From positions 191,315 to 255,314 of the forward strand of contig NW_015160873.1 of the NCBI RefSeq assembly GCF_001447785.1: DNA of 64,000 nt, written 5' to 3'. A program made the position numbers and the translations under genes. This document shows positions 1-14,000 of the stretch, one piece after another (position 1 is the stretch's first letter; the number at the start of each line of letters is the position of its first letter). The stretch comes from Gekko japonicus. Lineage: Eukaryota. The notes beneath the pieces are model-generated. The model was not told where the DNA came from, made no database searches, and saw nothing but the letters and a program-made list of their open reading frames with translations.

Positions 1-290
1 AATACAAACTATAAATCCTATCCAATCGCTATTTAAAATATATCCAGTACTCAACGCAGCTTAAAACGTAGGGCTACAGTTTAAACACAAACCCTATTGA
101 GAAGAAGATATAAAGTTCTTTTTAATTGTAATTGACAAGAACATAAAAGTAGCCATAAGAGGAAGTGCATCTGCCAATAAAAATTTAATGCCCTCATCAT
201 CAGAGCCTGAAAAGTTAATAATGAACTGACTCAACTATTTATTTCTTAATATTCCACATAGAATATCTCCTATATTAATTAGTTCCTTGT
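1..290 (-). mobile_element. Degenerate LINE 3' fragment (RTE-X-like ORF2 C-terminus)
   Basis: Minus-strand translation ...ILRNK*LSQFIINFSGSDDEGIKFLLAD... resembles the C-terminal motif of the LINE fragment at 44697-45250. Confidence 0.35.
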
Positions 291-606
291 GTTGCCATAG
301 GCATAATTGTTGGATGGGCAAGAGTGATATGAGGGAATGACCTTTTAGTTTAGAACACCAGAGCTGATGGCTACTTGTGGTTTCATCTGTAGTCAAGAGA
401 AAAAGCAATTTCTGGTCTTCCACATATTAGGGTGCGAAAATTTAATGTAAAAAATAATCCAGTCTTCACTATTCTGAGGGGCAAACTGAGTGAGAGGCAG
501 AACAATCAAACAAATGCTTCATCCACAGGGCCAGTTTGGATTCTACCTGGAATGTCTTGGAAAGGTTTACAGATTATTCCTATCAATTTCTCCATTATTC
601 TTTATT

Positions 607-820
607 ACACATGAACACACATGAAGCTGCCTTATACCGAATCAGGCCATCGGTCCGTCAAAGACAGTGTTTTCTACTTAGACTGGCAACAGCTCTCCAG
701 GGTCTTAGGCTGAGGTCTTTCACATCACCTATGCCTTGTCCTTTTAATTGGAGATGCCAGGGATTGAACCTGGGACCTTCTGCATACCAAGCAGAGGCTC
801 TTCCACTGAACCACAGCCAC
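607..820 (-). mobile_element. tRNA-derived SINE with CR1-type tail
   Basis: tRNA-like head (GGTTCAATCCCTGGCATCTCC on -) and CATGTG-type tail; same family at 62590-62790 (+), fragment near 43445-43520. Confidence 0.7.
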
Positions 821-1038
821 TGTAGGAGGAGTGGCAAGGGATACCAGCTATTTTATCATCACTGTATACCTGGGCTGTTACATGATGCTTTTGTTTTATA
901 TTGTGACTTTCTTTTGTGTCCTGCCTTGAAGACCTTGCTTTTGAGAGGCAAGTATATATATATTGTGTGTGTGTACTGAACAACATAATAATTGCTTGAC
1001 ATGTTCTCTGGCATGCCTCTGTTTCTTTTGCATCTCAG

Positions 1039-4000
1039 AAAATGGATTGAAAATTCCAAACTGAAAGATATAAAGTTTAAAATTGTGGAATTTAACCCCA
1101 TGGTGCTAAAAGGGAAAATCCGACCAGATGCAGCCCGTCCTGAGTTACTTCAACCTGTGAGTACATAGCCAACAGAAAAAAAAGTGAAAAACCGCTTCCT
1201 TTGCAAGATACATGTGTCCTTCTGCATAGCAGGCATCCCTTGTGTTTGTCCTGGAAAAAAATCACAAACCACACTAATCTCTACAACAAACCTACCAAAA
1301 GCTAGAGATGGGTGAACCCTTGTTTTGTTCAAGGAGCTGAAGAAAAGAGATCATAAAGATAGGATACAGCTTTCACTGATCCCTGCCCCGAACCTAACAA
1401 CTGCCTAGAGATTTTAGTGATCATGAGCAGTGTTCCCTCTAAACTGAGATAGTGTGAGCTAGCTCACAGTATTTTAGCTTCCAGCTCACCCATTTTTGTC
1501 TTAGCTCAGGAAGGATGGCTCCAGAGCAAACAAATTCATGCAGTAGCCAAATTGCTCACTCACAACTTTAATGCCAGTAGCTCAAAAAGTAGAATTTGTG
1601 CTCACAAGACTTTACAGCTTAGAGGGACCATTGATCATGAGTGTGTGCAAAATACTTTTCTTCTACCATTGAATGGCCTTAGATATAGGGACAGGGGGAA
1701 CCTGGCTTCCAGGAAAGTTTGAATCCATTCCAAGCACTTTGTTTCCATAATTGAAACTCTAACATAAAAGGCATCCAGGGTGTGTATCATTAGAAATATT
1801 TTCCTGGTAACTTTATTGCCTGATATTCAACTGGACATTCCTACAATGCGTCATTTAATTTTTCTGGATGTCTTCTGCTTTATAGATGTTGTTGAAATCC
1901 CTCCCTTTTTTATTCAACAGCTGAACTTTGTTCGATTTTACCTTCCTCTACTTATCCATGAACATGAGAAAGTGATATATCTTGATGACGATGTAATTGT
2001 CCAAGGTAAGGGGCTTCTCCCCCCCCCCCATTGTCTGAAAGAGTGTAAACCCTAAAATCTATACACTACATAGTTTAAAAAAATTATTAGCTAAAATGTA
2101 TCTGAAATTAATATTAATATAGATCATTTGTTACTTATTCTCTAACAAAAAAATTCTGATAGTGCTAGTTTGGTACATTCTTGGTGTTTGTTGCATATGA
2201 TCAGCGCAGAATTAAAAATTATAAACATATGTATAAGGTGTCCAGTTTTGTGTCAGCAGCAGTACAATTAAAAAACACAAGTCTTTGTTAATGTCTTGTA
2301 AATAGAAGTAGGAATAAAGTTGCCATTAGAAACTCATGGCATAGATTGCCATTAGTGGACACAGGCTGTTGGAAAGTATGGAATCGTGGTTGAAGGATGG
2401 GCAGATAATCTCTGAGAAACATGATATATTAGATTTTCCTCAAACAAGGCCTATATCATCATGACTGTAGGTAGAGTTAGGAAGGCACTTTCCCGTTTAT
2501 CTGGATTCTGAGGCCCTTCCAGGAGACGTATAACTTGACTTGCATGTCTGAACCAAGTGGGTTGTTTCAGTAAGTTTCTTTCAAATCCCCAGAACTTCTT
2601 GTACAAGGCTTCGCTCTTGATATCTACTTGTGGCACTGTCATGATCTCTGTCACCTTGTGGGGCAAGACTAGCCACTATCTTGCCCTTCCTTTTTACTGT
2701 GGCTGCCACTCCCTTGGGTAAAATCCAGCCTTCCTCTCTATGTCGTGGGGTGCCTGAGGCCAACCCCACAGGAGCGTATCACTGTAGTATGCCAAGGAGT
2801 CAAAGGCAGGTGGGTAGGGATTTGCGCAGACTCTCTCTTAAACAACTTTAGTTCTACAAGGCACAAACTCAGGGTACTACGAGGACAGATTTAGGTGCAC
2901 TGAGGAAAACAAAAGGACAGTTACTAACTAGGTACTTAAAATCCATGGTCTATCTAGTCTTTGTTAGTTACGGGACGCCCCCATCCCTGGTGCATCTGCA
3001 ACCCTCTTTAGCATCATTTCTCTCTTGTCATCCTTCATGGCAAAACCCAGGAGATACAGCTCTCCTCACACACTCCAAATTCCAGTGTACCCCAGGCAAA
3101 GGAGCAGCTTCCCTTTTCAGACCCACCCACGTGTCCTCCACGGCCTTCAGACAATCCGGGTGCCAGATCTTGGGGCTCAAGCCCACCAAGGCTGGACTTT
3201 CCAAACAAGAGGTGTTAATACATCAGAGGGCTAGCATATTTCCCTCTTAGTTGGGACAGCATGCTCTCTACCTGGGACGAGCACCTTCGTCCCTTCTTCC
3301 CAGCCACAGAGACACCAAGGTCCCTTTTCTATCACCCGGTCACAGTCTCTCTTTCCCTGCTGCCTCTGAGTCCATCACAGGCACACTGCAGGATAAGGAT
3401 CAAATACAATGGATAAAAAGCACATTTCTAGTTTTTAAATAAGCACACTGCATTCCTTCCTGTGAGAAGGAGAAATGCCTCTTCTACAGTGGTGCTAGTC
3501 TACAACTTGTTTTGTAAGTATGTGCATTTTTTTTTAAAAAAAATCTAGGGTAAAATCTTTGGGTACAGTGAAAAGTGCAGACCAGTGAGGCTCTTGAACA
3601 ATGCTGGCTTCCATTTTTTTAAAAGGTGACATTCAAGAACTGTATGACACAAAGCTAGCCCCTGGGCACGCTGCAGCTTTTTCAGATGACTGTGATCTGC
3701 CTTCGACTCATGAAATGGTCAGAAGTGTAGGAATGCAGGTAAGAAATCTCTGCAACATAAAAATGTATTCCTAGGGTATTATCCTGCTTAATTCTTCTGG
3801 TGTTTGAGTGTTTTTACAGACAGTATCATTAGGGAATAAGGCAGTATTGGAACTTACATAGGTCTTCTGATGCTCATTATGTGATCCAAACTGAAAGAAA
3901 ATGAAGGAATCCAAGTATAGGCATAGTAATGCATTCAGGATTGAAAAGGGAGGGACTTGGGGAAAAAGTAGGCCAGGAAGTGTCTCTTGGCTTGTAGAAT

Positions 4001-7000
4001 TAATTGCTGTTATTAATTTTCCTTCATGGATTTGTAAGACAGCAGAGGCCCAAGTGACTGATCATGAAATTTCACTGCTTATAATGCTGAAGACAGTGTT
4101 GTGCAGTGGCTAGAGAGTCAGGTGACAACGATGAGATCTAGGTTCAAATCCCCACTGTGATAGAGCTCATTGGGTGACACTGGGCCAGTCACTCTTTCAG
4201 TCCAACCTACCTCACAGGGTTGCTGTAAAGATAAAATGGGAGGAGAGGATCAAGTATGCCCAAAGAGCTCCTTGGAGGATAGATAGGATGAAAATTGAAC
4301 AAATAGAGCGACTGATTCTAGGGGCCAAAAGACAATCCCTGACCTACTTGCTCCCCCCCCCCCCCCCCCCGGAATACATTCCTGTGCAAGCGCACATGTT
4401 TTTTCTTTCAGTCTAACACGGGATCGATGGCTGTGACTAGGCCAAGCTACTAACAAACCAATGAAATGGCTGGGTGTGTGTATAGTTATTTTGCACTTCA
4501 TTTTTTCCCCTTTTGTTTAGAACACCTATATGGGATTCCTAGACTACCGGAAGCAAACAATTCGTGATCTTGGCATTAGCCCCAGCACCTGCTCCTTTAA
4601 CCCTGGTGTCTTTGTTGCGAACATGACGGAGTGGAAGCACCAACGAATTACAAAGCAGTTAGAGAAATGGATGCAAAAAAATGCTGAGTATGTACAAAGT
4701 GCTCTCTCCCCCCTGCAGGACTCTAAAGTTCATACCGTTGATATTATTTGATTGAGATGCAGACTTCTAAGGAATTTATCATGGAAGAACACCAGGATAG
4801 GGAGGCCATAGGTCCTTAATAATTTTGTTTTAACAGAATGTGAATTAAAAGGGCCAAGTGGCTATTTGACTTTTCCCACGTGTCGTTTCCCCTGTTTATA
4901 TCCCACTGGGAAAAATCCATGGGATACAAGCAGTTTCATAAAAGGAACTTGGGGCAACAATTTCCAGCCCCAAAAAGTGCAAAGGGAAAAGAGTGAAATC
5001 TCTGCCACTGCCAATCTCTTCCTTTGAATTACAGTTCCTGCAGTTGTGTCATTAAAAAAAAAAGTTGGAAAAATAATAATACACTTATGTTGACATGAAA
5101 TTCTGCACTCAGATTATTTTTGGCATACTTCCCTTGGCACTTTACATTGCTTTGCTGTACTTGCAGAGTCTCCACTACTTAAATACCACATGAGCATACA
5201 CAGGACAAACACTCTTTTGGGAGGCTTTCTCATTTGTTGGCTCAGTCATCATACCCCACTGGGCACTTGAACAAAAAACTGAGTACATACGGTGGGATGA
5301 TGTCATCTAGCAGAGGTTTAAATTGGCTGGTCCTCCAACCACATCCCAGTTTCAGCCCTAGTAATGTTCTAGCACCCTAACCTCCTCATCAGATCTTGGC
5401 TGCTAAGCAGGATTGGCCCCGGTTAGTCCTTGGGGTGGGAGACTGCCAAGGCAGTCCAGGGTGCCTCTGCAGAGGCAGGTGATGGCAAACCACCTCTGAT
5501 CATCTCTCGCCTTGGGAACCCCACGGGGTCACCATAAGTTGGCTGTGACTTGACAGCACTTTCCACCACCACCCATGTGGTAGCTAGTCAATTTTTTGGG
5601 GTGCTACTCTGATCCTTTCTGCCTGCCCCCTTCTTTTACATGAGTGGAAGTGTGCTATGCTTTGTAGGTTACCATGCAGGAAAGTACTAGACTATTTCCC
5701 CCCTTAAAAAAACCACAAAACAGATTTTCTTTTTAAAATCTTTTCAGAGAAAACCTTTACAGCAGCACTCTTGCAGGAGGTGTGGCCACTTCCCCGATGC
5801 TCATTGTCTTCCATGGAAAATATTCACCCATTACTCCTCTATGGCACATTCGCCACCTAGGTAAGTTTTAGACTAAAAAAGCAAAAGGTCCTCGAGCAGC
5901 CTCAGAATGATCTTATTATACCTGCACACTGAAGGTTTCCCACCTACAAGAAATGGCGCTTGCCTCCCAGTTATATGCTAAATCAGAAGCTTACAACCTT
6001 GGTGAATTAAAACTAATGTGCAACATTGGAGAGCTGAGAAAGAACATATAATTTTTTTTTAACCTTGTATTCTAGGATTTAGTCATTTTATATCAGAATG
6101 TGGACTATTACAAAATTTGTATCTGGATTCAGCAGTGAAAACCTGAGCCACTTTGATAACACAAAGGTAGATGTTCAGAGTCACAAGTTATCCCTCTTCA
6201 GGCCACAGTAAATTTCCCAAATATGTGAGCCCCAGCCAGACAAAGTCATGCTTAAATCCTACTGACATCACGGGAACAAGCCACATTAGTTTCCATGAGA
6301 TTTAAGTCTGACTAGCTTTCATGAGATTGGAGCCTTGGAATTTTTCTTTTGGATTTCCTACACAGGTTTTCCAAAAATCTCAATCTATTTTGTGTAAAAC
6401 AAGCATTTAAATTTCAGAAATGTACTTAAGTTTATTTGTTTTTCATGATGAGCGATAAAAATCAAAATTGCAAATCCCTTAGTATTATTTGAAAAAAATC
6501 ATGGGCTATACTCCAGCTATAGGGATTTAAGGCTTTACATCTATGACTGAAAGAAGGGCTGGTTTACATGTGCAGGGACGTCAGATGGGAATGAGGTGGT
6601 AGAATGGACAACAACCCTTCAGTCTGCACACAGAAGACTTGTTTTGAATGCTTCACCACATTAAGAATACCTAGCAAATATAAAATCAACATAACAGGGA
6701 AAGGGCTTAAACCCAGCTTCTTACTATGCTATATATTTTTTTAATTTACAAATTTACAATTTAAGCATTTGATGACAATGAAAAATGTCATCACCCAATT
6801 GGAAGTGGACCTGCATGTGTACATCAGACCTAAGTTTCACAAAAACTAAGGAATATTTCTTTAAAAACAGTATCATGGTTGCATTCCCTGTCAACCTTGG
6901 TTGGAGGAATAAGCATGTTTTTAAGATTGGCTGGATCATGCCTATGCTGACTTTTCCCCAAGGTTTTCCAGTAAGAGGTGTAATACAACTCTGTTTTTTG

Positions 7001-7183
7001 ACACACCCAGGCTGGAGTCCTGATGCTAGGTACTCTGAACAGTTTCTTCATGAAGCAAAGTTACTTCACTGGAATGGAAGATACAAGCCTTGGGACTACC
7101 CTAGTATTCACACTGACCTTTGGGAAAAGTGGTTTGTCCCTGATCCTTCAGGGACATTTAAACTGATTCGTCCTAATAGCTGA
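1039..7183 (+). CDS. GLT8D2: Glycosyltransferase 8 domain-containing protein 2, 5'-partial (last 6 coding exons)
   Basis: Exons 1039-1156 (KWIENSKLKDIKFKIVEFNPMVLKGKIRPDAARPELLQP), 1921-2005 (LNFVRFYLPLLIHEHEKVIYLDDDVIVQG, DxD motif), 3626-3738, 4521-4687, 5748-5860, 7011-7183 (WSPDARYSEQFLHEAKLLHWNGRYKPWDYP...NS*). All AG/GT bounded with consistent phases. Upstream exons lie outside the window. Tail-to-tail with TDG as in mammals. Confidence 0.96.
1428..1633. mobile_element. hAT-type MITE
   Basis: TIRs CAGTGTTCCCTCTAA / TTAGAGGGACCATTG; perfect 8-bp TSD ATCATGAG (1420-1427, 1634-1641). Confidence 0.85.
2637..3379. mobile_element. Solo LTR (743 bp) in a GLT8D2 intron
   Basis: TGTCA...TCACA ends with a perfect 5-bp TSD GGCAC (2632-2636, 3380-3384). 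Confidence 0.7.
4093..4290 (+). mobile_element. Squam3/CORE-type SINE, old copy
   Basis: GGTTCAAATCCCCAC B-box head and ACCTACCTCACAGGGTTGCTGTAAAGATAAAATGG core. Confidence 0.6.
5378..5573 (+). mobile_element. 5S rRNA-derived SINE with RTE/Sauria-type tail
   Basis: 5S-like AGATCTTGG..GCTAAGCAGG..GGTTAGT..TGGGAGAC head, GGCAAACCACCTCTG body, (CCA)n tail. Confidence 0.7.
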
Positions 7184-7533
7184 TGGTGTCGTTTACATTT
7201 ATGGCATCGGAGTCATTTTTTCCAGCACACACAAGGTACACAATTTTACAAAGTATTTGGTGACATGATTTACCTCCTTCATTGTACAGTTGTTTGAGGC
7301 TGAAGTTGACTTATGCAGCCACCATAAAGTGAGGCTGAAGTAATGTGTCAAGATGAAACTTAGCCAGGTGTGCATTGGAGCTATGATGAAGTGTGCACAG
7401 AAGCTCCAGTATCATCATGCTACTGAGACTTCAACTCCTACGGGAAATGCTTTTATGAAATCAGGAACTCCTTTTCAGCATTAATACTGTAAATATTAGA
7501 TTTCTTGCTGAGAAACCACCTGTAACACTTCTG

Positions 7534-7539
7534 AATAAA
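7534..7539 (+). terminator. Probable GLT8D2 polyadenylation signal AATAAA
   Basis: AATAAA about 350 nt after the stop codon; ATTAAA variants follow at 7574-7579 and 7585-7590. Confidence 0.6.
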
Positions 7540-7606
7540 AACGCTTGTGTTCTATAGCCTTTCTGTAGTCAATATTAAACTAGAATTAAAACTAAACATC
7601 AGTTGT

Positions 7607-7616
7607 TTTATTTATT
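7607..7616 (-). terminator. Probable TDG polyadenylation signal (overlapping AATAAA x2 on - strand)
   Basis: TTTATTTATT on +. First canonical hexamer I found by eye downstream of the TDG stop; implies a ~3.4 kb 3'UTR. Confidence 0.5.
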
Positions 7617-10436
7617 TCAATTAATTTATCACTGCTTCTTTTCAACACAAAGCAATTCAGCATTAAGACTTTTTAAAAATGCCATAATTAAGCACCAGAA
7701 GATACCATGATACATTGCATTCTTGTTTGCAAGGAATTGGCAGATCAGACGTGGTCAAATTCTATTTAAAGCACCATGTTTGAGAATTTATACACATTCA
7801 CATTTAACCTGTTATTCTGTAATTATTCCCAAGTGATAGAATAGATCCTTCTTTCAAAACAAGATATTTTCTTTCATCATCATGATAGCTACACTGAGCT
7901 ATCCACCAGCAATGTTTAACAGTTTTGTTAAATATAAAATTGTTCCAGATCCCTGATGCAAGGCACTTTGAGCACTTGCAAGAAAGAGTCCTTGTAAACA
8001 ATGATACATATAAAATAAGTGAACATTTTTTGTAGATTGTTGACTGTACAATGAACAATTTTCACACAGAATAACCAACATGATCAGAACCAGAATATAC
8101 ACCTCAATCTTAATTTAAAACAATGGGTTGGATCCAAAGATGTCCTTCCCCCTTAGGTTTAAAGAGCATATTTCCATTAGGGGATGGGTGTTACCATCAA
8201 AGGCAGTGTAGTTCTTCCACTAGCAAAATATGTAGCCAGCTGCCCAATTTGCCCCATATTAGAGCAAAAGGCAGCAGCAGCTACCTCAAACCCCATGGCA
8301 CTCAACTGAGATGACACCTCCCACCAAGATCCCATGGAAGCTCTGTCTGTCTAGCTCACTGGTCTAGCAAGGCTGAGCTGACCCTACTTTCCATCCTCAG
8401 CAACCAGGAGCAGAAAGTTAACAAGCAGCCATAGACAAGACACAGAAAGCACAGGCACAAGGGCTCCCCCATTCTGCCTGGGTAGTGAGCAGATGCCCAG
8501 CTAAGGGGAAGTAGGCAAGAGTTGCCAGTATGAGCTGGCAGCTTCCCCTGAACCTCTTGCCACCCTACTGGCTGCGACAAGGCACCCTGCTAAAGACAGG
8601 GAGTCCAACTCCAGCTTGTATCTGTTGGCACAAGAGTCTTGTGACAAGACTCCTCAATGATTCTCTGTCTACTGCTAATAGTACTTTGGATCCAACCTGT
8701 GTTCTAGGATTTTAAGCCACATGATTGTGTGTGTGTGTGGGGGGGGAGCCATAAACATGCTTAGCTCTTAAACAGCAGATCAGAACACATTTTGAAAAGG
8801 TTTAAGCTGCTACGAGACTATGGATTTACTTTAAATTGATCCACTCAAGCCCTCATTGCTAATACTAATACACACAAGTACATAAAAATCCAGCAGTTTA
8901 CGGTGCAGTTAAATAATTCAGATCGCTATGTACACATGATGGAGAGACAATTTCTTGTGCATAATTCAAGTATCCAAAGCACTTAATTATAAGATTATCA
9001 AAACTACTATTTGATCCTCTTATTGCTTTTACTTCAAGTCATCTCTTCCCTGCTGTGACAAAGAAAGAAAAAAGTGGACAAAGAAGCAAATTACTAATTC
9101 AGCACAGGCTGAACAAATAGATTTAAAATTTCAGGAAAGACAGTAGGCATGATTCACATGCCATGTGGACAGAGTGCCTGCAGCTGATTCTAACACAGTT
9201 AATGGAGCCCTTTTTCTCTCCACCTGCCAAGCCCAGACAATTTAAAGGGATATTTGAAGGAATGTGTGGGGGGGCCCCGTCCCTATCAAGCCTTCCCTCA
9301 TCATGCTTTTCAAGTAAGTCAAAGAGAAAAGAGGACTAGATGGGAATATGAGAGAGATGCATAAATCTTCCATTCTCCCAGTGTCCTGTTGCAGATACTT
9401 GCACTTATATACAGATGAAAAAGGTGGTGGTGGGGAGACCCACAGGAGAAGCTTTGAGTCTACACCCAGGTTCTGGGCCTGCAGATCAAGAGGGTTGTGC
9501 CCAAAGTATTTAAGGAAAGCTTCATTAGTAGGTAAGTAATGTCAGTTCCTGATGTTCTGCTTTGTAGATGCCTAAGGCTTGAATGTCCTATCATCAATAT
9601 TTTGCTCAGTGAATGCTAGAAAGGAAACAGTGGCCACATGTTGGAAACCTGCAGAAAGAATAAGATTGTTTCTTCTCAAGGTGGCTCGCTATTCAACCTG
9701 GAAAATCCCTGAAACACAGACTCCTTCCATTCCAGAAGACACACTGTAGGTCGCCCTTCTAACAGCTGAACTAAAGCTGAACATTCAGAGAACAAGAGGA
9801 AGGGAAGGAACAGAATATGGTTGCTGTAGGGTCCCCTGCCTGAGATGGAGGTGGAGATGAAAGCAGGCATTCAGAAGCACAGGTACTCTCCCCGATCTCA
9901 TGGACACTAAAGGTTTAAGAGTTCATGCATACAGGATTATTGTTCAGTGACCGCAGTATCAAATGGCTTGCATGTATGAAAGCCCCACTGCAGACAATAC
10001 TTTCCTTACAGCTTTCTAAAGATGTCCAGGAAAAAAAGAATGGGGGGGGGGGGGGGGGCACTTTGTCAAAATCGACCCTCCCCTACCTTTGAGGATCATT
10101 GTGAAAGTACTTCAAGTACTCATTTAAAAAAAATATAACAATCCTTAGCAGATGACTTATCCATGTGATCTGAACAGAAAGCACATGAAATCTTCTTCAT
10201 GCTCTTAGCTGATGTCAGCAAGTAGCCATATCTGACTGGCTACACAGCACTGCTATATCACATTTGACACTCGATTCCCGTTTGTCTGGGACCACTCTGA
10301 GAAGGAACAGAACAGGAAAAAAGCAGCAGGGTGAAAAGCGGTAACAAAACACTATTTTCAACTAAGAGTGAACCTGGAGAACAGCTGGCTCATCTCTAGT
10401 TTTTCAGTGGAGTCAGTTCACACATTCAGCTACTGC

Positions 10437-10460
10437 TAATAATAATAATAATAATAATAT
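10437..10460. repeat. (TAA)n microsatellite in the presumed TDG 3'UTR
   Basis: Seven to eight TAA units; a G homopolymer lies at 10042-10058. Confidence 0.85.
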
Positions 10461-11044
10461 GCAGGCATGCATGAACCAGGACTGAATTAAGGTTTGGGGC
10501 TTTTAGAAAGTAACGAAGCTATAGTTACTGTAAAGCAGGGATCTTTCACTTTTATAGAGAACTCAGGGCATGCCTATTCAGCTATGACTGTGTAAGAGCT
10601 CGCTACAGTCTTGTCCGGTAATCATGTTAGATTTATAAGGGACTTTCCACCTCCTTGGATGTACTAAACACATATGAAATATCCCAGCACATCAGGGGAC
10701 AAGTTACAAATATATGTTCACAGACCTCTACATTACAAAATACAGATTTAAAACAAGAAATAAATTGACCTCTCATTCATGAAGACCTGTTAAAACTACG
10801 GATCTATTTAAATACAAAAAGCCTCTTTAAAAAAGGAAGTCTCTTTCTTTTAAAAACTGTGGACATTTTCTTAAAATGACCTAGCTCATTGGTCTAAATC
10901 TACAACATAATTGGTGTGAACTATTGTAAGAAAACTAAGAGGTAAAATGCTATTAAATGCTTCAGCTGGGGAACTGAGGTACCATTCTTGACAACTGTGT
11001 ACATAAAAAACTGCAGTGCTTAGGTATGACTGAAAAGGCAGACT

Positions 11045-14000
11045 TTAAGCATTGTTTTCTTGTTCCTCTTGTGGCCTACGATTGTTAAATTCAGGAATCT
11101 GGTCTGTAAAGGATTGTGTCATCCACTGTCCATTGGGGACATCTCCAAAGGAAGATCCACTGCTAAATTCTGCACTGGATGCTGCATAAAAGCAAATCAA
11201 AATGTGTTACTAATATAGTGGGCATTGCGTCCAAAAGAAAAGACATTACCATTAGAAACCTGCCTGCCCAGGGCACGATTTTGGATCATTTTAAATTCAT
11301 CTATCTGCTATTGGAGATGCTGTGGAGACTTAAATTCCTTTCTGAAATCTTCAGTCTTTATCTTTAAAGAGTAAGCTTTTAGTCTCTTGTTAAGATGGGG
11401 GAGGGGAAAATATGAAAGCAGTATTCTGTCCAACTGCACTACAAAGTAGCAAAATCTGTTCCCAGTTTTCTTGCCAATGAGCACAAAGGCTAAAACGCTT
11501 ACATTTTATTAAACTTAGCTTTGTTACTAAATAACATATCCTTGAACTGAATTTTCCTGTCTCACACTAGCTTCCAATGCCCTCTGTCCATACACTGTAA
11601 TGTTCCCTGCTACAGCCTTGACAGTTACAATTATTATTTCATTTAAAAGCACAAGTTGTAATGAGGTGAACCAAAGACCTGGATCTTGCCTAAAACCTTC
11701 ATGAACAGAAGGGTATGTGTAAGAATATGGCAGCCATTCCCCACCCCAGCTAATCCTGGGGGTCTCCCATCTCCAGAAACAGCATTTCTTGAGACATTTT
11801 GAGCTGCAGTGGGAAGTGGGGAAGCCTTGGCACTTAGACAGAAATTCTTCCATCGGTGGACATTTTAGGCTGCATCCAAACTACTAAGACTACTGAAAAG
11901 GCTGAATTGGACTGAGTTACATAGTTTTGCACATTTTTCTCTCGGATCTTTGAGAAGCTTAAAATTTGTATGTGGATTTGTATGTGGATGCCAAAAAAAA
12001 GGACCAATTTGAAAAGTGACTAGTTTTACAGCACCTAAATTGCTTTATAATTTCGCGCTGTTCTAAACCTATTGTTGCAGTGGCCCAACAATAACAGAAC
12101 AATTATTACATTAATAGAAATTATTTGTATTGATGTTCTATTTCTTTCTCGCTTCAGAGGTCTGCAATAGAACAGCTAGATTTGAGTCCTTCTGGGCATA
12201 AGCTTTTGAAAGTCAAACTCCCTTTGTGTCAAGTACCTGACGAAGGTATCTGACAAAGGGAGCTTTGACTCTCAAAAGCTTATGCCCAGAAAGTCTTGTT
12301 CATTTCTAATGTGCTACTGGACTCAAACCTAGCTATTTTTTAATTTAAGAAACTGAATTAACTTTTTAAAAATCCATACTCTACCTGTTCCATTTGAAGG
12401 AAAGTTGCATGGTTCACTCTCACTGGCTGTTTTCTCACTGTATGCTCCTCCATAAGCTGCTTCATAACCTGGATCATATTTTTCTTCTTTGACGGCCATT
12501 TTCTTAGCATCCTCTGGACAATGCAAACCAACCAAGTTAATTTACGTGCAGTAATTCAGGTCATGGTCTGTACAATTTTCTGACCATTATGCCTCAACTA
12601 TGCAACACACCCACACAGTTCACAAGTTCATGGCACCTGCTTTATTTTACACATGCATTCAGCAAACTGAATATAGTTGAACTTGCTAAGTTATACCTTG
12701 TGCAAGCTGCAAGTCAAAGGAGTACTGCACTTCCTGGACCTCTGTGTTTGACATAATGCCTTTCAGCTGATCCCTTAGGTCTTTCAGCTTTATATAATAA
12801 TGAACTTTATCTTGTGCACGAGGAAACTGAGCACATCTTGCACTGGATGATGGCATAACATAGCAAAGCTGTGCAAAACACCCAAAGGAACAAGCAGCAT
12901 TAGATCGGAAATCACCAAGTTGCTACAACAGTTATTAAAGCATTATCAACGACTTGCATGTATTTCAAATGTCTCTCTTCAACCTAAGGCAGCGATATTT
13001 TAAAAACCGGGCAAGTGACAATGGCTTTCAATAAATATGCAAGGTGTTCTCATTATCTCAATATATTTAAATGAACTGCATATACATCTTTTTGCATTTT
13101 TTTGAGCATGCATTCGTGCCTGAAAGTCATGGCGACCTCTGGCGACTTCTACTGGGGCATGGAGGACATTCATAGAAGTGGCTTTATAGCCTGCCTCTGC
13201 CTTCCGACCCTCATATTCTTTGGAGGTCTCCCATCGAAATACTTGCCAGGGTTGGCCCTGCTCAGCTTCCAACATCTGATGAAATCGGGCTTGCCTGGGC
13301 TATCCAGGTCAGGGCAACTGCATATACATCTTAATTATTTATTCTTCCCCAAACCAGATAATCTATACATCTAAATTCACTAATCTCTCAAACTTTTTGC
13401 ACTTGGACAAAATAATTAATGATTAAAATATCTACTGATTATGATCTTGTGCCATTTTTATATTTCCAACCAAGGCAGGCACTTACTGTTTCGGTGTCTG
13501 GGACTTTATGTGGCTGTAGTCCAAATTCCAGCTTTTTAACCTTTATTCCAAAAACCTCTTTACTAAAAATATCATAAATACCTACAGTGAAATCAAAGAT
13601 AACCCACTGTTAGACAAAATACAAGACCAGCAGAACCATAATACAGAAGCTGCTTAAGTAAAAACCTCACATTTTCCATTAAAAACTGCTATTTTAGGTT
13701 GATACTTCTGTAATTTCTGCACCAGAATTCGTCCTCCTTCCCGAAACTCTTTGCTAAAAGGAAAAAGAACCAAAAATAAAAATTGGACCACAGTTACCAG
13801 TGTTTACTGCATGATATTTTGACTTTTACTCTACCTGGAAAGGTCCTTGCTACCTGGTGTTGTCCTTTCCACCATATTTGTAAATCCAATACCATATTTA
13901 TGCGGTAAGGTATGATCATCCATATGGTTCAACTGTTGGTCACTAAGTCCAGACAGAAACAGACACTTCCCTGTGAAGCCATAAAATCAGGGGTCATTTC

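Noticed and set aside
5378-5470. 5S rRNA-like and tRNA-like sequences here and elsewhere
   Set aside because: Degenerate SINE heads fused to LINE-type tails, not functional RNA genes.
6785-7010. N-terminal part of the 132-aa ORF at 6785-7183
   Set aside because: Intronic read-through; similarity to GLT8D2 begins at the acceptor before 7011.
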